Shown piece after piece: positions 16,097 through 26,048 of a DNA stretch of 64,000 bases. The translations under genes were made by a program, and so were the position numbers. The stretch's first letter is position 1. Each line of letters begins with the position of its first letter. The notes below the pieces were generated by a model that saw only the letters and a program-made list of their open reading frames with translations, was not told the DNA's origin and ran no database searches. This stretch comes from Patescibacteria group bacterium (GTDB taxonomy: Bacteria > Patescibacteriota > Patescibacteriia > UBA2591 > UBA6264). Location: NCBI GenBank assembly GCA_016784145.1, contig JADHVF010000001.1:90367-154366 (forward strand), read 5' to 3'.

Positions 16097-17404
16097 ATGG
16101 AATATATTTCTAAAATTAAACAATCTGATTTAACTAAGATTTATTACTGGCTCATTGTTTTCGGTATTTTATCATTTTTATTATTTGGTAACTTTTTTTT
16201 AAAAAATATTGTTATAGCTCAAAACAATTCTAAAAACAATAATCAAACAAAACATGTTTTACCAAATAATCAGTCGGATAATTTATTAAACATTCCTAAT
16301 GTTGCTGAGAGGCAAACACAACCAGAATTTATTATCAAAGAATATATAGTGCAGTCAGGAGATGTGTTTTCACTACTAGCAGAAGAATTAGGCATAACTA
16401 ATGAACGAATTCATCAAATTATAAATAATTCAAACAATGTTTATGATTTTGCCAGCATAATGGCTGGAAATTCTATTCAGTCATTTTTTGATTTCAAAAC
16501 AAATGAATTTGTAAAAATGGTCTATAATATAAATGAAAATAATTATATTTTAATAGAAAATACTAATTTAGATATAATAGTAAAAAAAATTAAAAGAGAA
16601 TATGACATTAAACTAACAAAAGTGAGAGGCATTGTAGACGAATCTTTTTATCTTGCCGGACAAACTGCCGGACTTAAAGACAAAACCATAATGGAAATGG
16701 CTGATATTTTTGCATGGGACATTGATTTTGGCATGGAAGTCAAACAAGGAGATGTGTTTGAATTTTTATATGAAAAACGCTTTTTAGATGGACAAGAAGT
16801 GTCTCCTGGAAAAATATTAATTGCTAGTTATAATAATCAAAATAATGTTCATACGGCCTTATATTATAAAGACCCTGAAGGAAGTTGGGATTATTATGAT
16901 ATAAATGGTCATAATTTGCGTAGACAATTTCTTCGTTCGCCTATAAACTATAGGTATATTAGTTCAGGATTCAGTTATAAGCGAATGCATCCTGTTTGGG
17001 GAGTATATACAACTCATACTTCAATTGATTATGCTGCCTCTTGTGGTACGCCTGTGTATGTTCCCGGGGATGGCATAATTACATTCGCGGGTTGGAAAAA
17101 TTATGTTTATGGTTATACGGTTGAAGTAAGACATAATGGAGTTTATCAAACAAGATACTCTCATCTTTCTAATTTTGCCAAAGGAATAAAATATGGTACT
17201 AAAGTCAAACAAGGACAAATAGTTGCTTTTGTTGGCACAACAGGAACTTCAACAGGTTGCCATCTTGATTATGGAATGAAAAAATATGGACAAGCAGTAA
17301 ATCCGTTGTTACAAAAATTCGACCGTTCAGACCCGGTTAAAGCAGATTTTGTAGGAAATTTTGAATTTGAAAAAAATATCCTTATAAACCTATTGAAAGA
17401 ATAG
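16097..17404 (+). CDS. M23 family peptidoglycan DD-endopeptidase (MepM/Csd3-like)
   Basis: N-terminal TM, LysM-like YIVQSGD, FAWDIDF, HTSID, YSHL, TGCHLDY. Confidence 0.9.
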   Translation: MEYISKIKQSDLTKIYYWLIVFGILSFLLFGNFFLKNIVIAQNNSKNNNQTKHVLPNNQSDNLLNIPNVAERQTQPEFIIKEYIVQSGDVFSLLAEELGITNERIHQIINNSNNVYDFASIMAGNSIQSFFDFKTNEFVKMVYNINENNYILIENTNLDIIVKKIKREYDIKLTKVRGIVDESFYLAGQTAGLKDKTIMEMADIFAWDIDFGMEVKQGDVFEFLYEKRFLDGQEVSPGKILIASYNNQNNVHTALYYKDPEGSWDYYDINGHNLRRQFLRSPINYRYISSGFSYKRMHPVWGVYTTHTSIDYAASCGTPVYVPGDGIITFAGWKNYVYGYTVEVRHNGVYQTRYSHLSNFAKGIKYGTKVKQGQIVAFVGTTGTSTGCHLDYGMKKYGQAVNPLLQKFDRSDPVKADFVGNFEFEKNILINLLKE

Positions 17405-17454
17405 AAAATATATGTTATAATATAGTCATAAATAATAAACTAATTTTTAAATTT

Positions 17455-17598
17455 ATGGAAGGTTATTGCGTAAAATGTAAAGCAAAAAGAGAAATAGCAG
17501 AGGCCAAAGAAGTTACAATGAAGAACAAAAGAAAGGCATTAAAAGGAAAATGCCCAAAATGTGGTACTGGAATGTACAGAATTTTAGGAAAAGCATAA
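17455..17598 (+). CDS. 47-aa basic zinc-ribbon protein (DUF5679-like; not in the ORF track)
   Basis: MEGYCVKCKAKREIAEAKEVTMKNKRKALKGKCPKCGTGMYRILGKA; TGTTATAAT upstream, weak hairpin at 17597-17622. Confidence 0.85.
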   Translation: MEGYCVKCKAKREIAEAKEVTMKNKRKALKGKCPKCGTGMYRILGKA

Positions 17599-17711
17599 AA
17601 AGGGTCTTTTAAAATCCTTTTTATTCTCAAATAGCAGAGTTTTGCTTTTAAGCAGAAATCGCCTTGGCTTTATTTTTGTCAAGGCGATAACACTTTATAA
17701 AATTAAATCAA

Positions 17712-18743
17712 ATGAATAATAAAATTAAAATAATATCAGAAAAAATCATTGCCAAAACCATTAAATATAAGTGGGGGAAAGATATGGCTGGGCGAAAAAT
17801 GATAAAGTTAATCCCAATTGTTAGTCCAGGAGATAGTATTGAGAAGATAAAAAATCAACTAGCAGATAAAATTAAGAATAAATACATAGATACAATAAAT
17901 TATATTTATGTAGTGGATTATAATAAAAAATTAGTTGGTGTTTTTTCAATAAAAAAAATATTTAAAGAGCCAAATAGCAAGCAAGCCAAAGACATAATGA
18001 TTAAAAATCTTATTTCGGTTTCTCCTAAAACAGATCAAGAGGATGTGGTTTGGTTGGCTCTTAAAAATAATATAAAGTCAATCCCGGTTGTTGACAAAAA
18101 CCAAGTTTTATTAGGGATTGTTCCAAGTGATAAAATTTTAAAGATATTAGATAAAGAATATGGAGAAGATTTATTACACATAGCTGGTATATATGCTCCT
18201 GGTTCGCATTTAAGTAACATTTTAAGTGTTTCTTTAATTGCTTTAATAAAACAAAGAATACCATGGTTAATTATAGGACTTGGTGGTGGACTACTTTCAG
18301 CTGCAATAATTGGATTTTTTAAAGAATCATTGGAGGAAAATCTAATTTTAGCAATGTTTATTCCTATCATTGTTTATATGAGTGGAGCAGTTGGATCTCA
18401 AACAAGAGTTCTTTTTGTGAGAGACATGGCCATGACTTCTAAATTGCCATTATTAAAATATTATTTAAAACATATAAAAATAAGTTTTTCTTTAGCAATC
18501 TTTTTAAGCTCACTTCTTTTTTTGGTTGTATTTTTTGTTGGTGATTCATTTAATTTAGCTTTAGCTCTTGGCATAGCTATGCTACTGACCATTTTATGGG
18601 GAGCTGTTTTATCTTTAGTGCTTCCTTATCTTTTAAATAGATTCAAATTTGACCCAGCTCTTAGTGCGGGCCCATTCACAACAACAATACAAGATATTTC
18701 AAGCATTATAATATATTTTTTAACAGCAAATATTATTCTTTAA
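17712..18743 (+). CDS. mgtE: MgtE-family magnesium transporter (CBS pair plus TM domain; most of the N-domain absent)
   Basis: AGRKM, YIYVVD...LVGV, RIPWL, GAVGSQ, DPALSAGPFTTTIQD. Confidence 0.9.
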   Translation: MNNKIKIISEKIIAKTIKYKWGKDMAGRKMIKLIPIVSPGDSIEKIKNQLADKIKNKYIDTINYIYVVDYNKKLVGVFSIKKIFKEPNSKQAKDIMIKNLISVSPKTDQEDVVWLALKNNIKSIPVVDKNQVLLGIVPSDKILKILDKEYGEDLLHIAGIYAPGSHLSNILSVSLIALIKQRIPWLIIGLGGGLLSAAIIGFFKESLEENLILAMFIPIIVYMSGAVGSQTRVLFVRDMAMTSKLPLLKYYLKHIKISFSLAIFLSSLLFLVVFFVGDSFNLALALGIAMLLTILWGAVLSLVLPYLLNRFKFDPALSAGPFTTTIQDISSIIIYFLTANIIL

Positions 18744-18757
18744 TATAAAATAAATAA

Positions 18758-20473
18758 ATGGACAACAAACAAGTATCAGAGATTTTTAATCAAATGGCTG
18801 ATATTTTAGAGATAAAACAAGCTAATAGATTTAAAATTATTGCTTTTCGTAGAGCTGGAGAAACAATTAAACAAATGCCAGTTAATGTTAGGACTATTTA
18901 TCAATCAGGGAATTTGGAAGATATTCCGGGCGTAGGGATTGCGCTGGCAGGTAAAATTAAAGAACTAATTAAAACTGGAACATGTTCAGAGTTTGAAAAA
19001 TTAAAAAAGGAAATCCCCAGAGGAGTAGTAAAATTATTAGAAATACAAGGAATAGGTCCCAAAAGAGTGGCTCTTTTTTTTAATAAATTTAACGTAAAAT
19101 CAATTAGAGCGCTTGAAAAATTAATAAAATCAAAAAAATTAGATAAACTTAAGGGGTGGGGAGATAAAAGCCAAGCAGACATTCTTCATAAAATAACAGT
19201 TTATAAAAGATTTAAAAATCGTTTTTTATTAGGAAAAATTTATCCTTTAGCTAATAATATTATTAACCAACTAACCAAAGAAAAATTAATAGATAAAGCT
19301 GCTATTTGTGGTTCCGTAAGAAGAGGAAAAGAAACAGTAGGGGATTTAGATATTTTAGTGACATCTAAAAAACCATTGCAAGCAATTGATTTTTTTTGTT
19401 CAATGAATTTTGTAAAAAAAATATTATTAAAAGGAAACACCAAAGCTCGAGTTCTTATTAAAAGTGGCCCTGAGACAGATTTAAGAGTAGTAAAGCCAGC
19501 TAGTTTTGGGTCAGCTATGCATTATTTTACTGGTTCAAGGTCCCATAATATTAAGCTTCGTAAGTTAGGGATATCAAAAGGATTGAAAATTAATGAATAT
19601 GGTGTTTTTAAAAACAATCGAAAGATAGCTGGCCGAACAGAAACAAGTGTGTTTGAGGCAGTAAAAATCCCTTTTATTCCTCCTGAAATAAGGGAAGGGA
19701 TGAATGAAATAAAAATAGCTCAAGAGAACAAGTTGCCAAAATTAATAAATTTTAATGATATTAAAGGAGATTTACACTTGCACACAAAATGGTCTGATGG
19801 GACTAGAACAATAATTGAAATGGCTAAACATTGTCAGGCAATAGGATATAAATATATTGCAATCACAGATCATGCCTCTCCATTAAAAATTGTAAACGGA
19901 CTGGATAAGCATAGAATATTAAAATACATCAAAGCAATAAAATTGGCTGATAAAAAAGTAAAAGGAATAAAAATTTTAGCAGGAGCAGAAGTTGATATCA
20001 AAAAAGATGGTTCATTATTTTTGCCAGATAAAATTTTAAAAAAATTAGATTTAGTCATAGCTTCGGTTCATTCAGGGTTTAAGATGAACGAAATAGAGAT
20101 GACTAGAAGAATTAAAATAGCCATTAGAAATCCTTGTGTTCATATTATAGGACATCCAACTGGCAGATTAATAAACAGAAGAGAACCATATAAAGTTGAT
20201 ATGGAAGAAATTTTAAAAACAGCTAAAGATGCTCAGAAAATAATAGAAATAAATGCATTTTACACTCGCCTTGATTTAAATGCCATACATGTTAAAATGG
20301 CTAAAGACATTGGTGTTAAAATGGTTATTTCAACAGACTCGCATTCAACTAGCCATCTTAATACAATGTTTTACGGCATTTTAACTGCTCGGAGAGGGTG
20401 GTTAGAAGTAAAAGATGTAGTTAATGCCAAAAGCTTTAAACAATTTGCACGACAATTAAAAATTCAAGATTAA
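18758..20473 (+). CDS. polX: DNA polymerase X with PHP 3'-5' exonuclease domain
   Basis: HhH motifs, GSVRRGKETVGDLDIL, YFTGSRSHN, GDLHLHTKWSDG, STDSH. Confidence 0.95.
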   Translation: MDNKQVSEIFNQMADILEIKQANRFKIIAFRRAGETIKQMPVNVRTIYQSGNLEDIPGVGIALAGKIKELIKTGTCSEFEKLKKEIPRGVVKLLEIQGIGPKRVALFFNKFNVKSIRALEKLIKSKKLDKLKGWGDKSQADILHKITVYKRFKNRFLLGKIYPLANNIINQLTKEKLIDKAAICGSVRRGKETVGDLDILVTSKKPLQAIDFFCSMNFVKKILLKGNTKARVLIKSGPETDLRVVKPASFGSAMHYFTGSRSHNIKLRKLGISKGLKINEYGVFKNNRKIAGRTETSVFEAVKIPFIPPEIREGMNEIKIAQENKLPKLINFNDIKGDLHLHTKWSDGTRTIIEMAKHCQAIGYKYIAITDHASPLKIVNGLDKHRILKYIKAIKLADKKVKGIKILAGAEVDIKKDGSLFLPDKILKKLDLVIASVHSGFKMNEIEMTRRIKIAIRNPCVHIIGHPTGRLINRREPYKVDMEEILKTAKDAQKIIEINAFYTRLDLNAIHVKMAKDIGVKMVISTDSHSTSHLNTMFYGILTARRGWLEVKDVVNAKSFKQFARQLKIQD

Positions 20474-20493
20474 AATCTTAAAATTAATAAATT

Positions 20494-21021
20494 ATGAAAT
20501 CAAGACCTAGTAAGCATGAATATTATTTAAAAATTGCTGAAAAGATCGGCTCTCGTTCAACTTGTTTTCGCAATAAAATAGGGGTTGTAATTTTAACTAA
20601 AGATCAAATCGCAGCAACTGGATACATAGGGGCTCCTAGAAAAACAAAAGATTGTATTGTTAGGGGAAATTGTCTTAGAAATAAATTAAATATTTCACAT
20701 GGTAGTCAATACGAGATATGTCGTTCTGTTCATGCTGAACAAAATGCAATCATAAATGCTGCTAGAGCAGGTACAAATATTTTTGATGGGATTATGTATA
20801 TTGCCGGAATGACAACTAACAATGAAAAAATAAATATGTTTCCTTGTTTCATTTGTAAAAAAATGATTATAAATTCCGGCATTAAAAAAGTTATTTGTTC
20901 TATGAAAAATAATAAATTTAAAATTTTTGTTATAAAAGAATGGATTGAAGATTGGCAAAAAAAAGATATTATTAAAGACAAATATCAGTATGGACAAGAC
21001 CAAAATAAAAAATATGATTAA
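20494..21021 (+). CDS. dCMP deaminase / ComEB family protein
   Basis: RSTC, VHAEQNAI, PCFICKK zinc motifs. Confidence 0.9.
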   Translation: MKSRPSKHEYYLKIAEKIGSRSTCFRNKIGVVILTKDQIAATGYIGAPRKTKDCIVRGNCLRNKLNISHGSQYEICRSVHAEQNAIINAARAGTNIFDGIMYIAGMTTNNEKINMFPCFICKKMIINSGIKKVICSMKNNKFKIFVIKEWIEDWQKKDIIKDKYQYGQDQNKKYD

Positions 21022-21406
21022 AGAAATTACAATTTTAAGCAAGCAAAGATATGAAATGATTGATATTACTGATAAATTAGAAGAAATTATTAAAAAAGCA
21101 AGCATTAAAAATGGATTAGCTCTTATATTTGTTCGTCATTCTACGGCCGGAGTTATTTTAACTGAAAATGAAGCAGGATTAAAACAAGATTGGATTAATT
21201 TTTTTAAAAGAATGATGTCTGGGATTGATTTTAAACATAACCAAATTGACAATAATGCTGATTCACATATTTTGGCCGGCTTAATGGGGCAGGGGAGAAC
21301 TATTTCAATTGAGAATAATAAATTAAATAGAGGATTTTGGCAACAAATTTTTTTAGCTGAATTTGATGGCCCTAGAACAAGGACAATAATAATTAAAATT
21401 ATATAA
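21014..21406 (+). CDS. yjbQ: YjbQ (UPF0047) family protein
   Basis: HSTAG...ENE, NADSH, WQQIFLAEFDGPR; ATG 21014 overlaps the upstream stop. Confidence 0.9.
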   Translation: MIKEITILSKQRYEMIDITDKLEEIIKKASIKNGLALIFVRHSTAGVILTENEAGLKQDWINFFKRMMSGIDFKHNQIDNNADSHILAGLMGQGRTISIENNKLNRGFWQQIFLAEFDGPRTRTIIIKII

Positions 21407-21416
21407 TTAATAAATC

Positions 21417-21977
21417 ATGGAATTATTTGATGAACTAAACACAAAGACAGCTGAAATTATAATGAAGGGAGGCCTTGGCGTAATTCCAACTGATACAATT
21501 TATGGAATTGTAGCCAGTGCCTTAAACAAAAGCGCAGTAACCATGATTTATAAAATAAGGAAAAGAGAGTTAGATAAACCAATGATTATTTTAATAGGGA
21601 ATTTAAATGATTTAGAAATATTTAATATAAGAGTAGATAATAAAATAAGAAAAGCTTTAGCTGGTTTTTGGCCAGGAAAAACAAGTATTATTTTTAAATG
21701 TTCTGACCCTAAGTTTTCATATCTTCATAGAGGAAAACAAACGTTAGCAATAAGATTACCTGCTGGCAAAAAATTAAGAAGTTGGTTAAAACAAACAGGA
21801 CCAATAGTAGCCCCTAGTGCTAACATAGCTGGCATGGCCTATTCTAAAACAGTCAGCCAAGCTCAAAAATATTTTTCTAATAAAATAGATTTTTATGTTG
21901 ACAAAGGACTAATTAGCGCTAAACCATCTAAGGTTATTGAAATAAGCAAACAAAAGATAATTATAAAAAGAAAATAA
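21417..21977 (+). CDS. tsaC: L-threonylcarbamoyladenylate synthase (Sua5/YrdC)
   Basis: PTDTIYGI, RKRELDKP, FWPG, PSANIAG. Confidence 0.9.
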   Translation: MELFDELNTKTAEIIMKGGLGVIPTDTIYGIVASALNKSAVTMIYKIRKRELDKPMIILIGNLNDLEIFNIRVDNKIRKALAGFWPGKTSIIFKCSDPKFSYLHRGKQTLAIRLPAGKKLRSWLKQTGPIVAPSANIAGMAYSKTVSQAQKYFSNKIDFYVDKGLISAKPSKVIEISKQKIIIKRK

Positions 21978-22036
21978 ACAGAAAATCCGTTAGTTGACTG
22001 ATATTTTTAATATAATAAAATTATAAAAAAGAGATT

Positions 22037-24757
22037 ATGAAAAATAAAATACAAATTCAAACTATTATTTTTATACTATTATTTTTAACAATTTTTTTGA
22101 TGCCAAATATTTTTAATATTTTAGTTGATTGGCATTGGTTTGCTAATATTGGATACTTATCAGTATTCAAGACGATTATTTGGTCACAAATTTTGATTGG
22201 CATAATTGCTGGAATAATTTCTTTTTTAATTATATTTTTAAACTTATTAATCAGTCAAAAAACAGCCAAATCATCAGATTTATCAGCAAAATACATTGAG
22301 ATTAATCCAGTCAAAAAAATAGCATTTAATGGAATTAATAAACTTAAAATAATATTAACATTAATATTGTCAATAATAATCGGGATTGCTTGTGCAAGTA
22401 ATTGGGAAGTCATTTTAAAATATTTTAATTCTACTAGTTTTGGGTTAAATGACCCTATATTTGGGAAAGATATTTCATTTTATTTTTTTCAACTTCCTTT
22501 TTTTCAATTTTTTATTTCTTTATGTTTTTGGCTAATAATTTTCTCTTTCATAGGAGTTATGATTACTTATAGTTTAAGGGGGCTAAAATCATTGAAAAGT
22601 TTTGATAGTTTTTTAATTAAAAATAAGCGAGCAAAAATACATCTTTCAATCTTGGCTGGCTTGTTTTTTCTTTTAATTGCCTTGAATATTAATTTTGTTA
22701 AAATTCCGAGCTTGCTTTATAGTTCTACGGGTCCTTTTATTGGAGCAAGTTATACTGATATTCATGCTATCTTGCCTTTTCTAAAAATATCAATAATATT
22801 TGCATTGCTAGTGGCTTGCTTATGTATTTTAAGTATTTTTAAATCAAGTAATAAATGGATTATATATTCAATTGGGTTGTATTTTGTCATCTCAATTTTA
22901 GGTGGGACTATTTATCCAGCCATGTTACAAAGATTTATTGTCTTGCCAAATGAACTTGTAAAAGAAACTCCCTATATGGAACATCATATTGCTGCCACTA
23001 GAAAAGCTTTTGGAATTGATAATATTATAGAAAGAAATTTAAAGGGAGAAGCGTCACTCACAATAGAGGATATTAATAATAATCAATCAACAATAAAAAA
23101 TGTTCGATTATGGGACAGAGAACCTTTATTAGATACATTTTCTCAAATTCAAGAAATTAGGACTTATTATGACTTTGTTTCAGTTGATAATGATAGATAT
23201 CAACTAAATGGCGATTATAGGCAAGTGTTGTTATCACCCAGAGAGCTTAATTCCTACAGTTTACCACAAAGAAATTTTATTAATGAACATTTAACTTTTA
23301 CACACGGATTTGGATTAACATTAAGTCCTGTTAATGAGGTTACTTCTGAAGGATTACCAGTGTTATTAATAAAAGACCTTCCGCCTGTTTCAAGTATTGA
23401 TTCTCTTTTAATAAACGACCCAGAGATATATTATGGCGAGCTTTCTAATGAATATGTTGTTGTGAAAACAAACGCTAAAGAATTCGATTATCCATCTGGA
23501 GAAGAAAATATTTTTACTAATTATAGCGGGAGCGGGGGAGTGAAGATTAATTCTTTTTTTAGAAAAGCATTATTTGCAATAAAATTTGGTTCTTTAAAAA
23601 TTCTTCTTTCAAATGACATAAATAATGACTCTAGGATAATGTATTATAGAGATATTAGAACAAGAGTGAAAAAAGTGTTGCCATTTTTAAAATTTGACAA
23701 TGATCCTTATTTAGTTATTGGAAAAGAAGGAGATTTAAAATGGATTTATGATGCTTATACGGTCAGTAACAAGTATCCGTATTCCATTTTTATGACAGGT
23801 TTTAATGATTATCAGTCATATATTTCCAATAACATAAATTATATTAGAAATTCTGTTAAAATAGTAATAGATGCTTATAATGGAGATATTAAAGTTTATA
23901 TTTCTGATAAAAATGACCCAATTATACAAACATATGCCAAAATTTTTAAAGATTTGTTTATGCCAATAGAAGAAATGAATACAACTTTAAGAGAACATAC
24001 AAGATATCCAGAAGATTTATTTGATTATCAAACCAAGCTTTATTCCACTTATCATATGGATAAAATTCAGATTTTTTATAACAAGGAAGACCAGTGGGTT
24101 ATTCCGTCAAGAATAGGACTCGACACAGATGACCCAATGATGCGTAGAATGATAATGAAACTTCCAGAAGAAGATAAAGAAGAGTTTATTTTAATGATTC
24201 CATTTACTCCAAGAGGCAAGGATAATTTAGCTGCTTGGATGGTGGCGAGAAATGATAATGAAAAATATGGAGAATTAATTATATATAAATTTCCAAAACA
24301 AAGATTAATTTTTGGTCCAACCCAAATAAACAATAGAATAAATCAAGACACAGAAGTATCTCAACAATTAACTTTATGGGACCAAAGAGGGTCAGAGGTA
24401 ATTAAAGGGAATTTATTGGTAATTCCAATTGAAGAATCGCTTATATATGTTCAACCAATTTATTTAAGAGCAGAAGGTGGTAAAATTCCAGAATTAAAAC
24501 GGGTAATAGTTGCTTATGAAAAACATATAGTTATGGCCGAAGACTTAGACACTGGCTTAGCTGAAATATTTGGAAATAATCAATATAATGATAAAATCGA
24601 TAAACAAGAAACAATAACAGCCCCTACAACCAATGACTTAATAAAGCAAGCCCAAAAATATTTTGAGGAAGCGATTCAAGCACAGCAACAAGGGGATTGG
24701 TCTAAATATGGAACTAAATTAGAAAATCTTGGTAATATCCTTAAAAAATTAAAATAA
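22037..24757 (+). CDS. UPF0182 family membrane protein
   Basis: DWHWF, DPIFGKDISFYFFQLP, NVRLWD, HLTFTHG, NYIRNSVK, RYPEDLF, GNLLVIP. Confidence 0.93.
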   Translation: MKNKIQIQTIIFILLFLTIFLMPNIFNILVDWHWFANIGYLSVFKTIIWSQILIGIIAGIISFLIIFLNLLISQKTAKSSDLSAKYIEINPVKKIAFNGINKLKIILTLILSIIIGIACASNWEVILKYFNSTSFGLNDPIFGKDISFYFFQLPFFQFFISLCFWLIIFSFIGVMITYSLRGLKSLKSFDSFLIKNKRAKIHLSILAGLFFLLIALNINFVKIPSLLYSSTGPFIGASYTDIHAILPFLKISIIFALLVACLCILSIFKSSNKWIIYSIGLYFVISILGGTIYPAMLQRFIVLPNELVKETPYMEHHIAATRKAFGIDNIIERNLKGEASLTIEDINNNQSTIKNVRLWDREPLLDTFSQIQEIRTYYDFVSVDNDRYQLNGDYRQVLLSPRELNSYSLPQRNFINEHLTFTHGFGLTLSPVNEVTSEGLPVLLIKDLPPVSSIDSLLINDPEIYYGELSNEYVVVKTNAKEFDYPSGEENIFTNYSGSGGVKINSFFRKALFAIKFGSLKILLSNDINNDSRIMYYRDIRTRVKKVLPFLKFDNDPYLVIGKEGDLKWIYDAYTVSNKYPYSIFMTGFNDYQSYISNNINYIRNSVKIVIDAYNGDIKVYISDKNDPIIQTYAKIFKDLFMPIEEMNTTLREHTRYPEDLFDYQTKLYSTYHMDKIQIFYNKEDQWVIPSRIGLDTDDPMMRRMIMKLPEEDKEEFILMIPFTPRGKDNLAAWMVARNDNEKYGELIIYKFPKQRLIFGPTQINNRINQDTEVSQQLTLWDQRGSEVIKGNLLVIPIEESLIYVQPIYLRAEGGKIPELKRVIVAYEKHIVMAEDLDTGLAEIFGNNQYNDKIDKQETITAPTTNDLIKQAQKYFEEAIQAQQQGDWSKYGTKLENLGNILKKLK

Positions 24758-24764
24758 AAAAACT

Positions 24765-25469
24765 ATGAAAATTAAACTATTATTTTTACTTTTAATCCCT
24801 CTAGTTGTGTCTGGGTGTGTATCATCTGAGACAATAAAAAAGGAGGATGCAGAGACAATTAAAGAACCAGTTGTGAAAACAGTTAAAGATTTACCTGAAG
24901 CAATTAATCAGCCTAAAGACAAGTTAATTATGGAAATAGTTAAAGATGTTAAAAAAATAGAGCCAACTGAATTTGATGATTTGGTTAGCAAATACAAGCA
25001 AGCTATTATTAAAACAAGTTTAGGAGATATTAAGGTAGAACTTTATAACAATGATTCTCCTATTACTGTTAATAATTTTCTTAATTTAGCAAACAAAGAG
25101 TTTTATGATAACACAAAGTTTCATCGTGTAATAAAAAACTTCATGATTCAAGCAGGTGATCCAAATAGTAAAGACAATAATTGGGATGACGATGGCACAG
25201 GTGGTCCAGGATATTCATTTAAAGACGAGATAAATGAACATAAATTAGTAAAAGGAAGCTTAGCCATGGCTAACTCCGGACCAAATACAAATGGTTCTCA
25301 ATTTTTTATTGTTACTGCTAATCAAACTTCTTGGCTTGATGGCCTGCATACTAATTTTGGATATGTTATTGACGGCTTGGATGTTATTGAAAAAATTGAA
25401 AAAACAGAGGCTAATGCAAGGGACCATCCAATAAATGATATAATTATAAAAAGTATTGTTTTAGAGTAA
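24765..25469 (+). CDS. Cyclophilin-type peptidyl-prolyl isomerase, lipoprotein
   Basis: Lipobox VSGC; FHRVIKNFMIQAGDP; LAMANSGPNTNGSQFF; WLDGLHTNFG. Confidence 0.93.
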   Translation: MKIKLLFLLLIPLVVSGCVSSETIKKEDAETIKEPVVKTVKDLPEAINQPKDKLIMEIVKDVKKIEPTEFDDLVSKYKQAIIKTSLGDIKVELYNNDSPITVNNFLNLANKEFYDNTKFHRVIKNFMIQAGDPNSKDNNWDDDGTGGPGYSFKDEINEHKLVKGSLAMANSGPNTNGSQFFIVTANQTSWLDGLHTNFGYVIDGLDVIEKIEKTEANARDHPINDIIIKSIVLE

Positions 25470-25470
25470 G

Positions 25471-25662
25471 ATGGAATGTCAACAAAATAAAAATATAGTC
25501 AATTGTCCTTGTACTTATCCAGGTTGTCCCAGGAAAGGGGTTTGTTGTGAATGTATTAAATATCACAACCAAAGAAAAGAATTGCCTGCTTGTGTATTTT
25601 CAAAGCAAGCGGAAGCAACTTATGACAGAACGATTGAGAAATTCATACAAGATCAGAAATAG
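25471..25662 (+). CDS. Small Cys-rich protein (DUF6485-like)
   Basis: CPCTYPGCPRKGVCCECIKYH...LPAC. Confidence 0.75.
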   Translation: MECQQNKNIVNCPCTYPGCPRKGVCCECIKYHNQRKELPACVFSKQAEATYDRTIEKFIQDQK

Positions 25663-25734
25663 GGAGCAAGAATAATTGTAAATTAGGTTAAATAATTTGT
25701 TTTATAAATTTTTGTAAATAAAATTTACAATAAA

Positions 25735-25762
25735 AAAAGCCCTCTTTAATTAGAGGGCTTTT
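25735..25762. terminator. Bidirectional terminator
   Basis: AAAAGCCCTCT-ttaatt-AGAGGGCTTTT. Confidence 0.85.
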
Positions 25763-25998
25763 AATGGTAGGCATTAAAAAAATATTTGGTCTGTTTTTTA
25801 ATCAGAGCGTCAATCCAATCCAAGGAGTATGTTGGAAGGCAATAGGAGAGAAGAGGTTCCTATTTAACTATAATTGCTCGAGAAAAACAGATATTGGAAA
25901 AAAGGAGGTTTTTCCAAATAAGCCAACATATAATTTTAATGCCTGAATTTTTCCACTCCTTAATTATATTTATATGATAACATATTTTTTTAAAAAAG

Positions 25999-26007
25999 TT
26001 ATCCACA
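25999..26007 (+). promoter_or_regulatory. Isolated perfect DnaA box upstream of the ftsQ-like gene
   Basis: TTATCCACA, in the same AAAAAGTTATCCACAA context as the box at 612-620. Confidence 0.5.
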
Positions 26008-26048
26008 AACTATGATAAAAACAAATAATTTGATATACTAAATATAAC

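Noticed and set aside
25764-25946. 60-aa plus-strand ORF from the track
   Set aside because: It begins right after a terminator with no promoter or SD; the SD-like signal in this gap is on the minus strand.
612-26007. Replication origin suggested by DnaA boxes at 612 and 25999 and by parA/parB
   Set aside because: The boxes are single and 25 kb apart, with no cluster and no dnaA/dnaN in the window.
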